Assembly: GCF_021869535.1 (NCBI RefSeq)
Contig: NW_026262637.1
Location: 15,748,001-15,812,000, forward strand
Direction of reading: 5' to 3'
DNA length: 64,000 nucleotides
From: Mytilus californianus
Taxonomy: Eukaryota
How positions within the stretch are numbered: position 1 is the first letter of the stretch; every line of letters begins with the position of its first letter. The notes under the pieces were generated by a model, which did not search any database, was not told where the DNA came from, and saw only the letters and a program-made list of their open reading frames with translations. This document shows positions 37,470-51,109 of this stretch, one piece after another. The translations under genes and the position numbers were made by a program.

Positions 37470-40400
37470 TGTAAAGTGTTCAAGGCTCAAATGATCTATT
37501 CAAGAATTAGTTTCATTGTCAGTGCAATGTTTATAATTGATGCATGACTTCCTTTTTCAGCATGTCATTTATGGATAAGTTTTAGTGATGTGAAGACTTT
37601 CTTATCATTTGGGAAATATTTTTTAAAAAATGCGTTATAGATATTAGGTGACACAACAGTAGAAAGAAAAGGGTAGGAATTGTATGTTTCCTGATTGTGA
37701 GTATGAATGTAAATCATGTAATATTTTAGTGAGGAATTATCCTTTTTTATTTACAGTTTAAATCAATTAATACATTTGAGTTACAACTAAATGTTATTTC
37801 ACAGCCAATAAGATTTAGGTTATTTTTTATCTGAAAGAATTTTTTTCTTTTTTTTTGCATTGCTTTGGTATTGTTTAATTTTATAGTAATTTGAAGTTAT
37901 TAATATTTTCATAATAAAATTCATGGTACCAATTTTACTGCACCAGTAAACTTCAACTTATTTTGAGATTTTTGTTTGTTTCACAATTCAACTTTTAGTC
38001 AGTTTCAATCACTGTGTGATAAATCCTTTCAATCTGATAAATGTGCTTCGGGGCAGTTGTAACTCATTTATAGAAACTCTTTGTTTTGAACTGTAAATAG
38101 ACCCAAATAATAGGATAATCCCTTACTAAGAACATGATTTTCATTCATTCTTCACAATTAAGAGGCATCCAATTCTACAATTTCATTGGTCGAGAGTACT
38201 TTGCTATATTCTAAACAGTGAAGGAAAACAATACTACTCATTTTGGTGGATTTCTTTATGAATAGAATTCTTCAAATTAGAAAACCTATAACACTTTAAA
38301 TCTACCGACTACAAATGTGTTGAAGACGTCTAAATTTCTTGATAGTACAATTCCCCGTTCACATATAATAAAACTGACCATATTGTAACTATAAGTCTGT
38401 GTTACCCAAGAGTCGAAATACAATGTATCGTGTGCACATGGTGCATAAATCTATGGTTATCAAAATTTCAAAATGTATCAACTGATTTTTATCGAGGATT
38501 AGGTCATAAAATGGGCAAAAAAATGAGAAAAACATTGATGCACTTTTCGAAAGTATTAAAGCTGTTGGATCGTTGATGCAAATACGTATTTAATATATCC
38601 ATGAACACACATGCTTAATCTATTTGTAGCTTATCACTAGTCTAATCTTTCAGAGAGAAATATGTTGGTGTTCCGACAGACCAGATAAAGCCCAAAGCAG
38701 TACTGTTTTTGTGTGTAATTCACATTACATACACTGCGTCATAACAGTAATGACACTTCAGTTGGAAACCCAAAATATACTCCTAAGAAACTGACTAAAG
38801 ACGAACGTTTGAACAATCGTTGGTCTGCTTAAACAATGTTGGATCTATGAACATACACGCTAAACTAGTTTTAACCAACCATTTTCTGTAGAAAATGTCT
38901 GTACCAAGTCAGAAATGTAACATTTGTTTTCTATTCGTTCCGTTGGTTGATATAGTTGAGCATTTGGTTTTGTCAGGTCTTATGGAATTTCCCCTGTTTG
39001 AATTTACCTTGAAGTTCGGTATTTTGTTTTACTGTTTTTGTCTATTTATTAGTAGACCTTTCGGATCATCTATAGATGAGAAAATTTGTGTTTAAACTAT
39101 AATCAATTACAAATGTTGTAACTTTAAATCAATATGTTTTGCCGTTTTTTGTATATAAAGCTCATTGATAATGTTGAAAACCAAACATATATATTGAAAC
39201 TTGTATTACATTTGTAACTTTTATTCCAAAACGTTTTATCGAATCCCTCGTTGAAAATTTGTTTCTCTTTTTTATTTGATATAGGTGAAAAATTACCGAA
39301 CTACGTAAGTGTTTATTTGCAAAAAAGTAAAAGCTGATAGATAATAAAGCAAGTGTTTGCATTTTTTTCCTTTTTCTTTTTCTTTTTTTTTTTAATCCTT
39401 TTATTTTTTAGGGAAAGGGGGGATAATGTGTTTTTCATCATGCGAACTATTCTGTTATATAACACCAATATACAAAAGGTAATAGAACTAAATTTCAATC
39501 AAAAGAAAACAGAATTATCGATCATCACCGAGGTTGTGATTTCAAACCCGTTCATGACAATGTGCGTTTGACCTTAATCTTAACTAGGATGGCCAGTTTT
39601 CGTATCTAAGATATGTAGTGTTCTACGGGCACTACGGCGTTCTGTACCAATTTAAACTTGCCACAACGATATAGAAGAGTTTTGAAAGTGGCGTTAAATA
39701 TCACCAATCAATTAATCAACGTCAAATTGAATTAATATATATGTAGCAAATGTTCAAGCGAGGAATCTTGTTCATAGTGATCTCGTATTATATCATGATG
39801 TTGTTATCCTCTTTACATCGGATGACCGTAAGGGCATTCCGATGTATTGTTGCCACAGACATTTCTACCCACGTGACATTCGTTTTTGACTGATAACCGT
39901 ATAATTACGCGGATATTATCGTGTGCAAAATAACATTCCTTATCGCTTGTTATATATTAATTTTATCAATAAATATTCATGAAAATAATTTTTTTAAGAA
40001 CATAGATAAATGATACGAAAATGTTTTGTCGTGAGAAATATATATATCAATAACAAATCAAGAATACCGATAATTTGTGTTAACGCATGCGGAAGAATAT
40101 CTCAAGAACGTTTTGTGACAAACGCGGGAAAATATGAATGCTTACTCAAATCCAATCTATTAGAAAAACGAATTATTGCAGAAGAGTGTCCACCATGCAC
40201 TTGCACTGCACTATCATTAAAAGAGTAGAATAGAATGATATACAAATGGATGAAAGTTTTATATAACTATTATACAAATATAAATATAATATATAACAAC
40301 AAACCAGAGTATACTGATAACAAATAATAATATCACTACAATATAATAGTTATTATGGTGTGGTTGAATTCCCTGTCATTTATTTATCATTCACACACGA

Positions 40401-41246
40401 ACTTGTCTCAGGAAAAATATATCTCTCTACCCTAACCGAACTTTCATGTATAGAGATGTGATTTTTTTCTGAGACAAGTGCTTGTGACCATCCACCAGAA
40501 CTTGCGGTCATCCGATGTTCAGTACTTCAGTACTTTGATTGGAATTTGGTGTCAGTTAAAATGATTGTTTTTTTTAACTTTTGATATGTTGACTTCTTTG
40601 TTTCGTTGGCCTGGTGTTTCATTGACCGGAACCCCACTTTTCTTTTAATTTTGACAATTTGCTACAGTGAAATGTAATTCTATTTTCTGGGTTTTTTTTT
40701 GGTTTTTTTTCTAATATTTAACCATCATTAAACAAATTAGGACAAGTGATATAGGAAACTACTTCCCGTAAAATCAGACTACAAAATAATGTTTTCCCGT
40801 AATGATGTTACATGCAGTTGTAGTTACAAAACATTCAAGCGAAAGACAGGTCACTTCTGTATAGAAGACTCCATAATATTTGAAAAATTACTTTCGCTTT
40901 GTCTAAATTTCTCAAATCTGCATTGTGATATTCTGATTGAAAAATACGTATACTACTTTCACGTGAAATTCGGTGTATTGTATATTCAAAGGATTACAGA
41001 ATATTTAGTTTTAGATTTCATTCCTGTTTCGGTTTCGATTCTGATAAAACGTTAATTTAATGAAATTGTTTATTTCTCTCCCGTTGATGGTGATTGCGTG
41101 CATGCCGCTTTTTATGTGCATGAATAAGCTTTTCCGAAATGCTAGGGATATATTTTAGAAACATTTCTGCTCGCCAGAGAATAAACTATTTGTTCTTTAA
41201 TATATTCTGTGTCAGTAGCTGTGAATGATTCTGCATTACATGTATA

Positions 41247-43074
41247 TGTTACAGGCAATTTCTAAGTTTAGGCATTTTGTACAATGACTGAATTTTCAGG
41301 CAATATATAAAATGCCTAACCTTGACAGGCATTATATAAAATGACTAAAAATATCTAGTCATTTTGTAAAATGACTGAAATTTTGAAACAAAATGCAACA
41401 AATTGCCTGTTCAGTTTCAGGCAATTTGTAGAAAAGGGATATCATTGAGATGCAAATGACAAAAAGTGGATAAAAACACAACATCTTGCAAAGAAATTAA
41501 CTAATGGTTCGGTAGAATTAATTTATTTTTCAAAAACAAGCTGGGAAAGTTTGTATGTCATATGACATGTTCTTTTTAGTGAAACTACGTTAAGTATGTA
41601 CTCACTCTGTATTTCAGATAGTAAATTTATGATTATTTTGTCAAAATAGCAGAAGGACAAACTGTTCTTTCAAAAGAACAAAATTTACAAACGAAGTTTT
41701 AGAAAATCCATATTCAAAACAGTGAAGTGAAACATGTGAAGCAGAAAAAAAGAAGTTTGTGTTTAATTTACTGCTTGTTGTTTGTTTGCCTTCAGTAGCA
41801 AATAGTTCATGCATTTTTAATTATATAAGACGAGAACAATTTTCTACATAAGAAAATGCCTGTACCAAGTCAGGAATATGACAGTTGTTGTCCATTCGTT
41901 TGATGTGTTTGTGCTTTTGATTTTGCCATTTGATTAGGGACTTTCCGTTTTGAATTTTCCTCGGAGTTCAGTATTTTTGTGATTTAATTTTTTGGTTATA
42001 ATTCATATGGGTTAAACCCGGATAAAGGATAGGAATTTCGACTGCCGCTAAAAAATGAAGGTATTTTGGATAGGGACAGAAAATTCCACCTGCAGAACGG
42101 TCATAGAGTTTAAAATATGGAGAGAGTGTTGCACTTTACTAACATGCGGCAAAATTTAATGTCTCCATTCAGAAAGAATGAGAATTTATACATCCACATC
42201 AATGCAAATTCCCCTCTATGGCATGGGTTTTGCCATGCAAGGCCGTGTTTGGTTGTGATGCAAAGATATGGGTATTTTAATCGTCACTTCCTCAAGGAAA
42301 TTCCTGTGTCTTTGCAATCTTATGAATTAATGAGACAGTAACTACCTGTGGTTAAAATCTCGAAAATCGACCAAGAAGAGACAAATAACGGTGCATTGAC
42401 AGGGTAAGAGTCTCCTGTTATAGATGCATCACCCGTCATGGGCAGATCTGCTTCAGTCCGTTAAAAGCTATAAGCTAAAAGATATAAGTCAAACTAGTCA
42501 TGATAATGTACTTTGAATCTTTTAGGAACATATGAAAAAGAAGATATTCATGTGTGACGTGTGTGCTTATGTGAAACCCAAAGTTGCCGAACGTTAAGTG
42601 TTTGATCAGAAAAGGTAATAAATGAGCTAAATGTGTCATGATCCAGGTTTCTCCAAATGTGGTAGAAGTGCTAACACCAGATTTTACGCCAAACAATGTA
42701 TTTGCAAAAATTCAGGACAAATATTTTGTAACAGTTCTGTCATCCAAACATTTTAAGAAATAACAAATAATTGTCGAGTTCTGTGCTTGTGTGAATTTGG
42801 AATAATTCAGTAAAACTTATTTTTGATTACTAAAACTCTTAAATTGCAAGCTTTAACATTCCGTAATTATCATAAATAGAACTGCTCTGTTGTTTAAAGC
42901 TTTCAGTTGTTTTTTATAACATTTCATTCTATAAAATAATTTCAGGCTTTGTAAAATGACTTTCAATTTTTCCAGGCATTTTGTAAAATGCCTGGAAAAA
43001 TTAGTCATTATGTAAAATGCCTGAATCTTGCAGGCATTTTATAAAATGCCTAAATTTAGAAAATGCCTCTACCG
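41247..43074. mobile_element. ~1.8-kb DNA transposon relic with long, internally repeated TIRs (foldback-like)
   Basis: 41247-~41390 and ~42940-43074 are inverted copies made of aggcattttgtaaaatgcct palindromic units, with TATA on both flanks. A family B repeat is nested at 41855-41990. Confidence 0.7.
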
Positions 43075-43315
43075 TATATATTGATTACTGAATTGTCCTT
43101 TTTTTACTTCATCTGTTCTATTTGCCTTTTGAATGCATATACTTAGTCTGCGAGGTATCTTTGTTAGCCCTGCTTGTCTCTGAGTGCGCTTTTCATGTAA
43201 ATAATCTCTTTTCCCGGTTAATCATTTAATATTTAATACTTGTTTAATGCTGCTTAAGCTTGATTGACTGACTGTCTTGGTTACTCAAAGTAGCAATCTA
43301 AAAATATCTAAATTA

Positions 43316-43524
43316 CTGTAAACCAACTTTTTTTTGTGGATACTTTATTTCGCGTTTAGCCCTTACTAGCAGATTTTGCGACGATTCAATTTAGCGATTT
43401 TCAAATATGCTTGATGTAGTTAAATAAGGAAAAATCCAAGTTTTACATATTCGCGACGATTTATTTTCGCGTTATTTTTCTACTCGCGAAAATAAATCGC
43501 ACGCGAAAATAAGTTGGTTACCAG
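43316..43524. mobile_element. Tc1/mariner-type MITE with TA TSD
   Basis: ta|ctgtaaaccaactt ... aagttggttaccag|ta, with internal ttttcgcg repeats. Confidence 0.75.
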
Positions 43525-43574
43525 TATCTGAAAAATAAAATTGACGGGTACCACATGTAAAAACACAGTAAATG

Positions 43575-43765
43575 CGCACCCTTTTGAAGCACCGTCATCT
43601 CCTGTTTTTGATTGGGTTCGTCCTGGTATGTCCAGATTTTTATGTAGTGTTTTGTGGAATTGTGGTTCGTTTGTTCATCGTTTTCGATTTTGTGTGCCTT
43701 TGAGTTTTCAGTTTTGCTTCGAATTAAGAGATTTGATTATCCCTTGGTATCTTCCGCCTCTTTTT
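43575..43765 (+). mobile_element. Degenerate Penelope-like (Naiad-type) 3' tail
   Basis: gcgcacccttttgaagcacc...gggttcgt...gattatcccttggtatcttccgcctcttttt. Confidence 0.55.
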
Positions 43766-43785
43766 GATGACTAGTTGATTATATA

Positions 43786-44459
43786 TGTAGGACTCTGAAC
43801 CGCGATGGTACTCCGAACAGCGGTTGTCACGCTGATGTGCGATGGTTGCATTATGACGCTATCTTGTTGATAGCTACGCCGAGGTGCGATGGCCTACATA
43901 AACTATATTTTCATTGCTTTGCATGTCGAAATAGAAGTCAATTTGTTTGTTACATGAAGATACAGTTTTTCCGAGTTCTTAAATTAATAAGGGCTTATAA
44001 TCTTTTATTACTATGGGAAACGGGGAGTGATTGTTTGAGAGGGGAAATTTTACCTTTTGTAGCGGATTAGTTTTTCAAATCTAAAAACTATTCTTTTTTT
44101 ACATACAGTGGAGCGGGTCTTTCTCTTAATACATACGGGACTCTCTGTATTATATCATGGTAAACGAAGAACTCATGAGAGGAACAAAGTAAAGATAAAA
44201 TAATAACGCAGAATTATGTCCACATGCAGAAAATCAAAAAGGACGAGCTCTCATTTAGTATGCAACTGAAATTAAGTACAGATATATACTAGTAGTCAAT
44301 AATGTTTGTAAATTTATATACCAACTATTAAAAAAATCTAATTCTTATAATAACTGCACATCTGTATACATTAAACTAGCCATCAAGCGTCAAATAGACC
44401 ATCGCACTTTAGCATGACCATCGCACTTCACCGTCCCTATCGCACCTCCGAGTCCTACA
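43786..44459. mobile_element. MITE-like element with TGT...ACA termini and TATA flanks
   Basis: tata|tgtaggactc ... gagtcctaca|tata, with subterminal gtgcgatgg / ccatcgcac repeats on both arms. Confidence 0.7.
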
Positions 44460-44901
44460 TATATTCTAATTGTGTTTGGATTATGTCGCAATTGTTGCTC
44501 TCGGTTTCAGCAAAAACGCTTTGTCATCTTTTATTAAAGTTCGTACAGCGTAAGTTTACTTTTATATAAAAAAAGTATAACAAAAATACCGATCGCGAAC
44601 TGTTAAAAAGTCATTTTTGGTTGAGAATGTTTGAATCTCATTCTTTTTCCCCCAGTATGAACATGATAAAGTTTGAATTAAATGATGAAAAACATAGATT
44701 TTGCTGTATTATATTTCTTCATGGTGATTTTTATGTGAAAAAAATGATGTGCATTTGAATCGACATGCTATTTGTTAGATTGTAATTCGGAGGAACCGTT
44801 GAAATATTTAATAAATTTTAAGACTTGATGTTTCTATTGGAAAATGAAATCGTAAAACCTTGCTTATAAATCAAATAATTGATTGATTGTTGGTTGCTTA
44901 A

Positions 44902-45533
44902 GGGATTATGATACAGTTACAAGTGTGGGGGGGGGGGATGACGTCGCTAACGTAAAATGTTATATTTTCTCGACGTCAAACTGTGACATATCGGGAAAAG
45001 ATGTATTTTTCGACTGATTTTTATCATTCAGACTGATTTAACTTGAAAACGAGTTCATGGGCCCCTCTTTTTAAAAATGACATTTGGCTTGATTATGTGA
45101 AGAGATTATTTGTGCAAATTTTTATGAAAAAGTCACCGATGAAATTTTTTAAATTAGAAAAATATACAGCAAGAAATGCCGTTTCTTTATAACTAAAACC
45201 TGGAAAGTGTGATAAAAATGAATTATTTCCAAAGAATTATTTCACAAATGCAAAGCAAACTTATGTAGAGAAGATATTCCAAATGTTTTTACAAAAATCC
45301 GCTAGCGTTTGTCTTTTAAAACAAAAAAGTTAGGTATGTCTTTCCGAAGGATAGAAATGTCCAAGAAACCGAAATTTCCAGTAAATGTCAAAAATTTAGA
45401 CCCCATTTATCTCTAACATTAGCACATGAAGGTATATTTTTTATTTCATATTTGAATTGACTCAGTGAAAAATAGCTTGTATGCAAACTTTCGTCAAAAA
45501 ATTACCGTGGGATCAAAACTGTATCGTATGCTC
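44902..45533. mobile_element. Kolobok-type non-autonomous DNA transposon with TTAA TSD
   Basis: ttaa|gggattatgatacagtt ... aactgtatcgtatgctc|ttaa. Removing it restores ttgattgattgttggttgcttaacgtccagtg, a repeat also seen near 10560. Confidence 0.7.
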
Positions 45534-46406
45534 TTAACGTCCAGTGACAAATAATAAATGAACATATACAATCTTGTTTTGTTAACTTCGTATTAAAAAA
45601 TGCAACAATTAATGAATAAATACATGTAAAACATTCATGTAAAACATATGCGACCAGCCGACATAAAATGTTATCAATAAAATGAACAAAGTTGGAACAT
45701 ATACGTAGCATTATGTGTTAGATTGTCTATAAAATAATGATTGGTCAGGTGTTTTTTGAGTATCATCCTTTTATTGTAAATCTCCATAGATTCCTTGTTA
45801 ATAACGCAAAATAAATGGAATAAATAAGTGAATGTTCAGGGAACACGAAGAATATGTCGCCACAACTTTCATCTTCAATCACATATCAAACGACAGCATG
45901 CGTTTGTTACGTTTTATCAACTATCTGTGTTATTCTGGAAGAAAGAAATGTAAACATTTGTTAATTATATAATAATATGTACTAGGCAAATATTGATTAA
46001 GGGAAAAATGAATAAGGATAAAACAAAACTCATCTATTTCAGCGATGACATAGTTAAGAAAAATCCTATTGATTCAAATTAGTGAAGTCAAGTGGACTTA
46101 CAATAAAACAAACCTGGCCTATAAAGAAAAAAATCGTTTTGATTAATGAACATCGATAACTGTCCTAATTAATACAGGTACAAACTAGTTATACAAACAT
46201 TTTCTACCGCGTAATAGAAGCTATGGTAAGGCCTCTTTTGTCCTGTCTTGTCAACATCTGAGGTATGTTATTTGTTAGAATTATAGTACTCAGGGGGCCA
46301 AAAAAAGAAGAAAACCGACGAGTAAGGCCTTCTCTCCGTGTTATATGAAGTTCTTTGTTGCAAAAATCAGTTAAAATTAAAGAATTTGAATAATAACTTA
46401 TACAAG

Positions 46407-46658
46407 ATTGATTAATTGCTTGATTGTTTGGTGTTGCGCCATTGCACTATTTCGTGGCGGTCAGTTTTTATTGATGGAAGAAGAAGGAGTGCCAGCCGGA
46501 GATAACCACCGAAATTCGGTAGGAAAACTGACAATCCTATTCAGTTGAGATTGGAGTCGAACGTACCTGTTACGTGCCGGATTCGAATCACAACATCAGT
46601 GTTGACAGGCTAGTGATATATTAGTTCGACTACTTAGACTACTCGGCCACCGAGGTCC
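46407..46658 (-). mobile_element. tRNA-derived SINE, near full length
   Basis: The minus strand begins ggacctcggtggccgagtagtctaag (A box) and includes gattcgaatccggc (B box), a central ggtggttatctccgg...tccttcttcttccatcaataaaaactgaccgccacga box and an AATC tail. Confidence 0.75.
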
Positions 46659-47097
46659 GCACGTATACAAGAATAGAGGCAGAAAGTTTGTTAAATAAAT
46701 AAGGATTGTGTCTGCATAAACCGATTTTCTTTCTTTGTCGTTATTTTTGATAATTCTTTTTATCATTCAGATTAGTTTCGTGTAATTGTGCAATCCTTCG
46801 ATATGTAACTCTGATTCTCGGAAGGTTGATGTTCAAAACGGGTAGGGATATGGTGGAGCAAGGAACACCTAAATTACTGGCCGATTGCTAGTATTACACC
46901 ATTGGCCTCGTCAATTGAGGAATTCGAACTCGGAGATATCATATCAATTATATTTTTTATGATGTCATAGTCCTTGTACGATATGTAAACTTAGACTAAA
47001 CTTAAAACTATAATTTACCAATTATCATGTCGATATATCATTCATTACTTATAAAAACAGGACAACTTTAAAAGTATTGAAGACACACTGACAGATT

Positions 47098-47295
47098 ATA
47101 AGGTTTCAACTCCCTCAGGCAAAGTTGACTTTAGATGGATTTGTTTATTTTGGTAGGTCCTTTTTGGTCATATAGCTCTTCAAGTGTTTAGATCCTTATT
47201 CATCCTTGGCTTTCAAATATTCGGCTTTGAGCGTTCCTGATGAAGGTTAATCCAGAAAAGTGCTTCGGACGCATTAAAATTTATAACGTGTTGTT
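47098..47295 (+). mobile_element. Repeat carrying a hammerhead-like motif (retrozyme/PLE-associated)
   Basis: gagcgttc-CTGATGA-a-gg(ttaat)cc-a-GAAA-a-gtgc(TTCG)gacgc at 47229-47272. An inverted, more decayed copy lies at 50055-50245. Confidence 0.5.
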
Positions 47296-48020
47296 TTCAT
47301 ATTTTACAGATTGAAATTCTTTAGGTTTGCAGCTTTTGGGCTAATGAAAAGATCTTTCATTAAGTGAGAGGTTTAGCTAGCTTTAAAACCAGGTTTAATC
47401 CACCATTTTCTACATCCGAAAATGCCTGTACCAAGTCAGGAATATGACAGTTGTTATCCATTCGTATGATGTGTTTGAGCTTTTGATTTTGCCATTTGAT
47501 TAGGGACTTTCCTTTATAAATTTTCTTCGGAGTTCAGTATTTTTGTGATTTTACTTTTTTCATGTGTACTGAATTTAAGAGCAGATTCTATCATTGGTTC
47601 TTGTGCATGTATTGTTTGCCAACTTATTTTAAATATTAGAATGTTATGAAATTATACAATTATTCTTATCGGTCATGTAACTGCAATAAGTTTGAGAAGA
47701 GATTCCTACATAATAAATTTTTTTTCGAATTTTAACTTAAAAATTAAGGTAAACAGAAGTATTTATTGTTATTCAATATATGATCGTTCAATATTCTTTT
47801 AATTCCGAAATACTTGCAAAAATAGCGTGCCTAAAAGAATACAACTTGATATATGTTTTACCTTCCAAACACTTGTTCCAGGTATATTTATTTTCGACGA
47901 CTTCTCCATCTTTTTCAATGCCTCATACTGACTTCTGGCAACACAAACTTTATCTCCCGGAAAGGTTTTCTCGTCAGAGGTGTTCTTCAATGATAATATG
48001 AAACAGGGTAAACATGTATT

Positions 48021-48498
48021 GCTTTTGGTCTTTTTCTTTTTATTTTGCCATGGCATTGTCAGTTTATTTTCGACTTATGAGTTTGAATGTCCGTTTGGTA
48101 TCTTGCGCCTCTCTTTTACAAATTTTTCCGTAGCAGAAACAGTTGCGGCAGTATTTGAAGGCATTTTGGATCATTCTCTATATATATCGCTATCTATATC
48201 TATTATTATCTTTATTTTTGAACCAGCCATACTACTTTGTGATATCCCTGCTATTTTTATACTAAGTGAAGTTGTACATTGTTTATTCGGTCTGTAAATA
48301 CTGTCCTTTCAACTTAATACCTGTATAATGCTAATAAAAACGATAAAGACATTTTCAATTTGATATTGGGGGACGAAGTCTTCATCACAATAGAAAATCT
48401 CTCAGTATCTACATAGCATCATTAACATCAACATCAAATACATTGATACGGAACCAAAAATGCACAACGTTTTATTCTGCCAATACCTCCGCGTATTC
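48021..48498 (+). repeat. ~480-bp direct duplication (second copy 51975-52461): PLE tail plus ~380 bp of flank
   Basis: Long near-identical blocks visible by eye, e.g. gtagcagaaacagttgcggcagtatttgaa and gatattgggggacgaagtcttcatcacaatagaaaatctc. Confidence 0.9.
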
Positions 48499-48958
48499 AC
48501 GTGATCATATACAACCATGATACACTGGATGTATATCCTTAACTATATAAGTATTAAAAGGGTATTATGTAAACAATTATAGTTTTCTAAATATATAAAA
48601 AGGAGGAAGGGCCAATGTATAATCAGTTATTTGTTTTAACCTACTTGGAATCGGATATTCCAACTTTGTATCTGAAAAGTATGATAAAAATCGTTCTAGC
48701 ATTATGTTCTCCAGAAAATATAAACTCACTGACAGAACATAGAATGTAGTCGTTGAGAACTAACTATAAGTAAACATGTAAGGTAAAGTTACTTTAATAA
48801 ATATCTTCATTTTTGTGTATGATGCATATAAATGTCAAACAAAGAGCAAGTTAGAATTTATAAGTGCTGAACACTAGAATTTTACTTTTTATTACCACGG
48901 ATGTGGTTCCGGAAATACTCATGACAATGTTACTTACAAATAGCAACATCAAGCCCTT

Positions 48959-49426
48959 CATCTTCGCTAGCCAAGGGTTACGATCCACTTCCCTGCTCTT
49001 CACCCTTGGCGGATTGATATAGAATTTCGGGGACACAAGGTAATGATTTTCGTATGTAAACAATTGCCACGTGCTTATTGTGCAACAAGTCTTTACATCC
49101 CTAAACATACGACTATATTTAGTGACAATTTGAATGTTTTAATCAATTAATAGAAGTTCCTGTGTATGTTTCTTGCACAAATGCATGAATATCAACGTAT
49201 ATTTTCGTTTCCTGCTTTACCAAGTGTGTAGAATCTAGACGCTACCGTGTTTTTACCTCCAAATTGAAGAGTTCAAGTGCTACCATTGGTCAAGAATAAT
49301 GTATTCGGAATGGGCGTGACTTTAATCTACCGATAGATGGCGCAACATTGTTATCACAAATGTTGGCTAAATCTGCCAAGGGTGAAGAGGAGGGAAGTGG
49401 ATCGTAACCCTTGGCTAGCGAAGATG
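48959..49426. mobile_element. MITE with ~57-bp TIRs, no clear TSD
   Basis: catcttcgctagccaagggttacgatccacttccct.ctcttcacccttggc.gatt and its reverse complement at 49370-49426. Confidence 0.8.
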
Positions 49427-50054
49427 CAAGCTACCCTCCATTGAATGTCCCTATAATATTTTTCGCCTCTGTTACAATGTTGCTCTTGTAGTGTTTTTGC
49501 AATACAAAGGGTATGGCTGTGTCCAGCTGTCTATCATTTAACGGATTAATTGTAATTCTATTCCGACCTGATCTGATTCCAATTAGAGAAGGAAAACCCG
49601 GTCACTTGTTGTCTGGTACTATGTTATCTCTATTACAAATATGTGTTGATATAAAATATTTTTGTACCCTCTCTCTGTTCAGTCATCCAGAAGTAGTAAA
49701 GGCAATGGAGACTTAAAGCTTGCTATATGATGCGGATGCATGTCCAACAATGCAAACTTTACAGTGATCCTGTAATAACAACTATTACTTTTCCGAGTAT
49801 TCTGGACATATTACATTCTTTGACAGTCTTCAGTTTTGACTTTCTCTTTATTGGCATTTGTCAAACTATGTAACATTATACTTAAATCATATCTTCTATA
49901 CGTTTTACAAGTAATTTGCGATAAACATGAAATGTTCAAGTATATCTGTCAAATGTTTATATTTCTGATATAAATGTTAGAATAATGTTTTAAACATTTT
50001 CAGAAACAAAGTTAAAAATTGAATGGGAATTAATAAATGATGAAATTACAAATT

Positions 50055-50245
50055 TGGTGCGTAGTAAGTGCTTTTATTTTTTGATTTACCATCATCAGGA
50101 ACGCTCAAGGCAACAAATTTGAAAGTCAATTTAAGGATGCTTAAGTTTTTGAATACGTGAGAAGCTATATAACCAACAAGGACCAACAAGAATAACCAAA
50201 TCAATACAAGGTTGACCTTTCCTGAGGGTGTTGGAACCATAGTTT
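50055..50245 (-). mobile_element. Inverted, decayed copy of the hammerhead-like repeat at 47098-47295
   Basis: The minus strand reads ttgccttgagcgttcCTGATGAtggtaaatc... and ccctcaggaaaggtcaacc matching the 47110 region. Confidence 0.55.
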
Positions 50246-51109
50246 TTAATACTTACTTATTTTATCAACGGAAAATCTAAGAAAGGTATGTTTTATCATA
50301 TCAGAACATAATCAATGACTACTGAGCTAATGATACCGTCGTGTTTTTTTGTAATTTCCATGTTCACATTTTCTGAAACAGTTTTGGACTTAAGTATCAA
50401 CCAATATCAGTATATCTTATTATTTTGCACACAAAGAAAAGAATTTGATTTTCTAAGCAGCTGTTTGCTTTGAAATATTTTTTTTCTAACTCAACATAAC
50501 AAAGAAAGTTAGAAATGTTAGACCACAAGGGTTTTTATCTTTATCTGAACATTGTTCATTATAACTTATGCTCAGCAATTTTCTCTAATACTCAAGCCCA
50601 ATGCTCACTTATAACAATATTTGTGTCACACTAATTTCCTTCAACTTTTGTTTTGAAGATTTTTCATGTGTCAGTAGTTCACACAAAGCGAATGCTTTTG
50701 CAACAAATTCCCCCCCCCCCCCCTCTCCCTAATAAAAAAGAAAGGAAAAAAACGGAATTGGAAACGCACATTTTCTTGCTCATGTTACATTTTCTGTGTT
50801 CTGTATACAGAAAGTGTTAACATTCTTGTTTCCAGTATCAAGACGAGAACAATTTCAAACTTTTAACTTAAAAATCATTATTTACAAATAACAAATCAGT
50901 AAAAGTAAACGATACGTGATACATGTAATACATATTGGTAATAAGTACTCAGGTTAACCTTTTCTGCGAGGTTGTACGTTTTTTAAATTAAGTGACTAGG
51001 TTTGAACAATGTTGAAATGGTACACAATTCTGAAAATAAGGAATAATTTAACCAAAATTGGGTATCAATTTATCGTTTTTTTTTTTGGAAGAATTTAATT
51101 TGATTTGTA

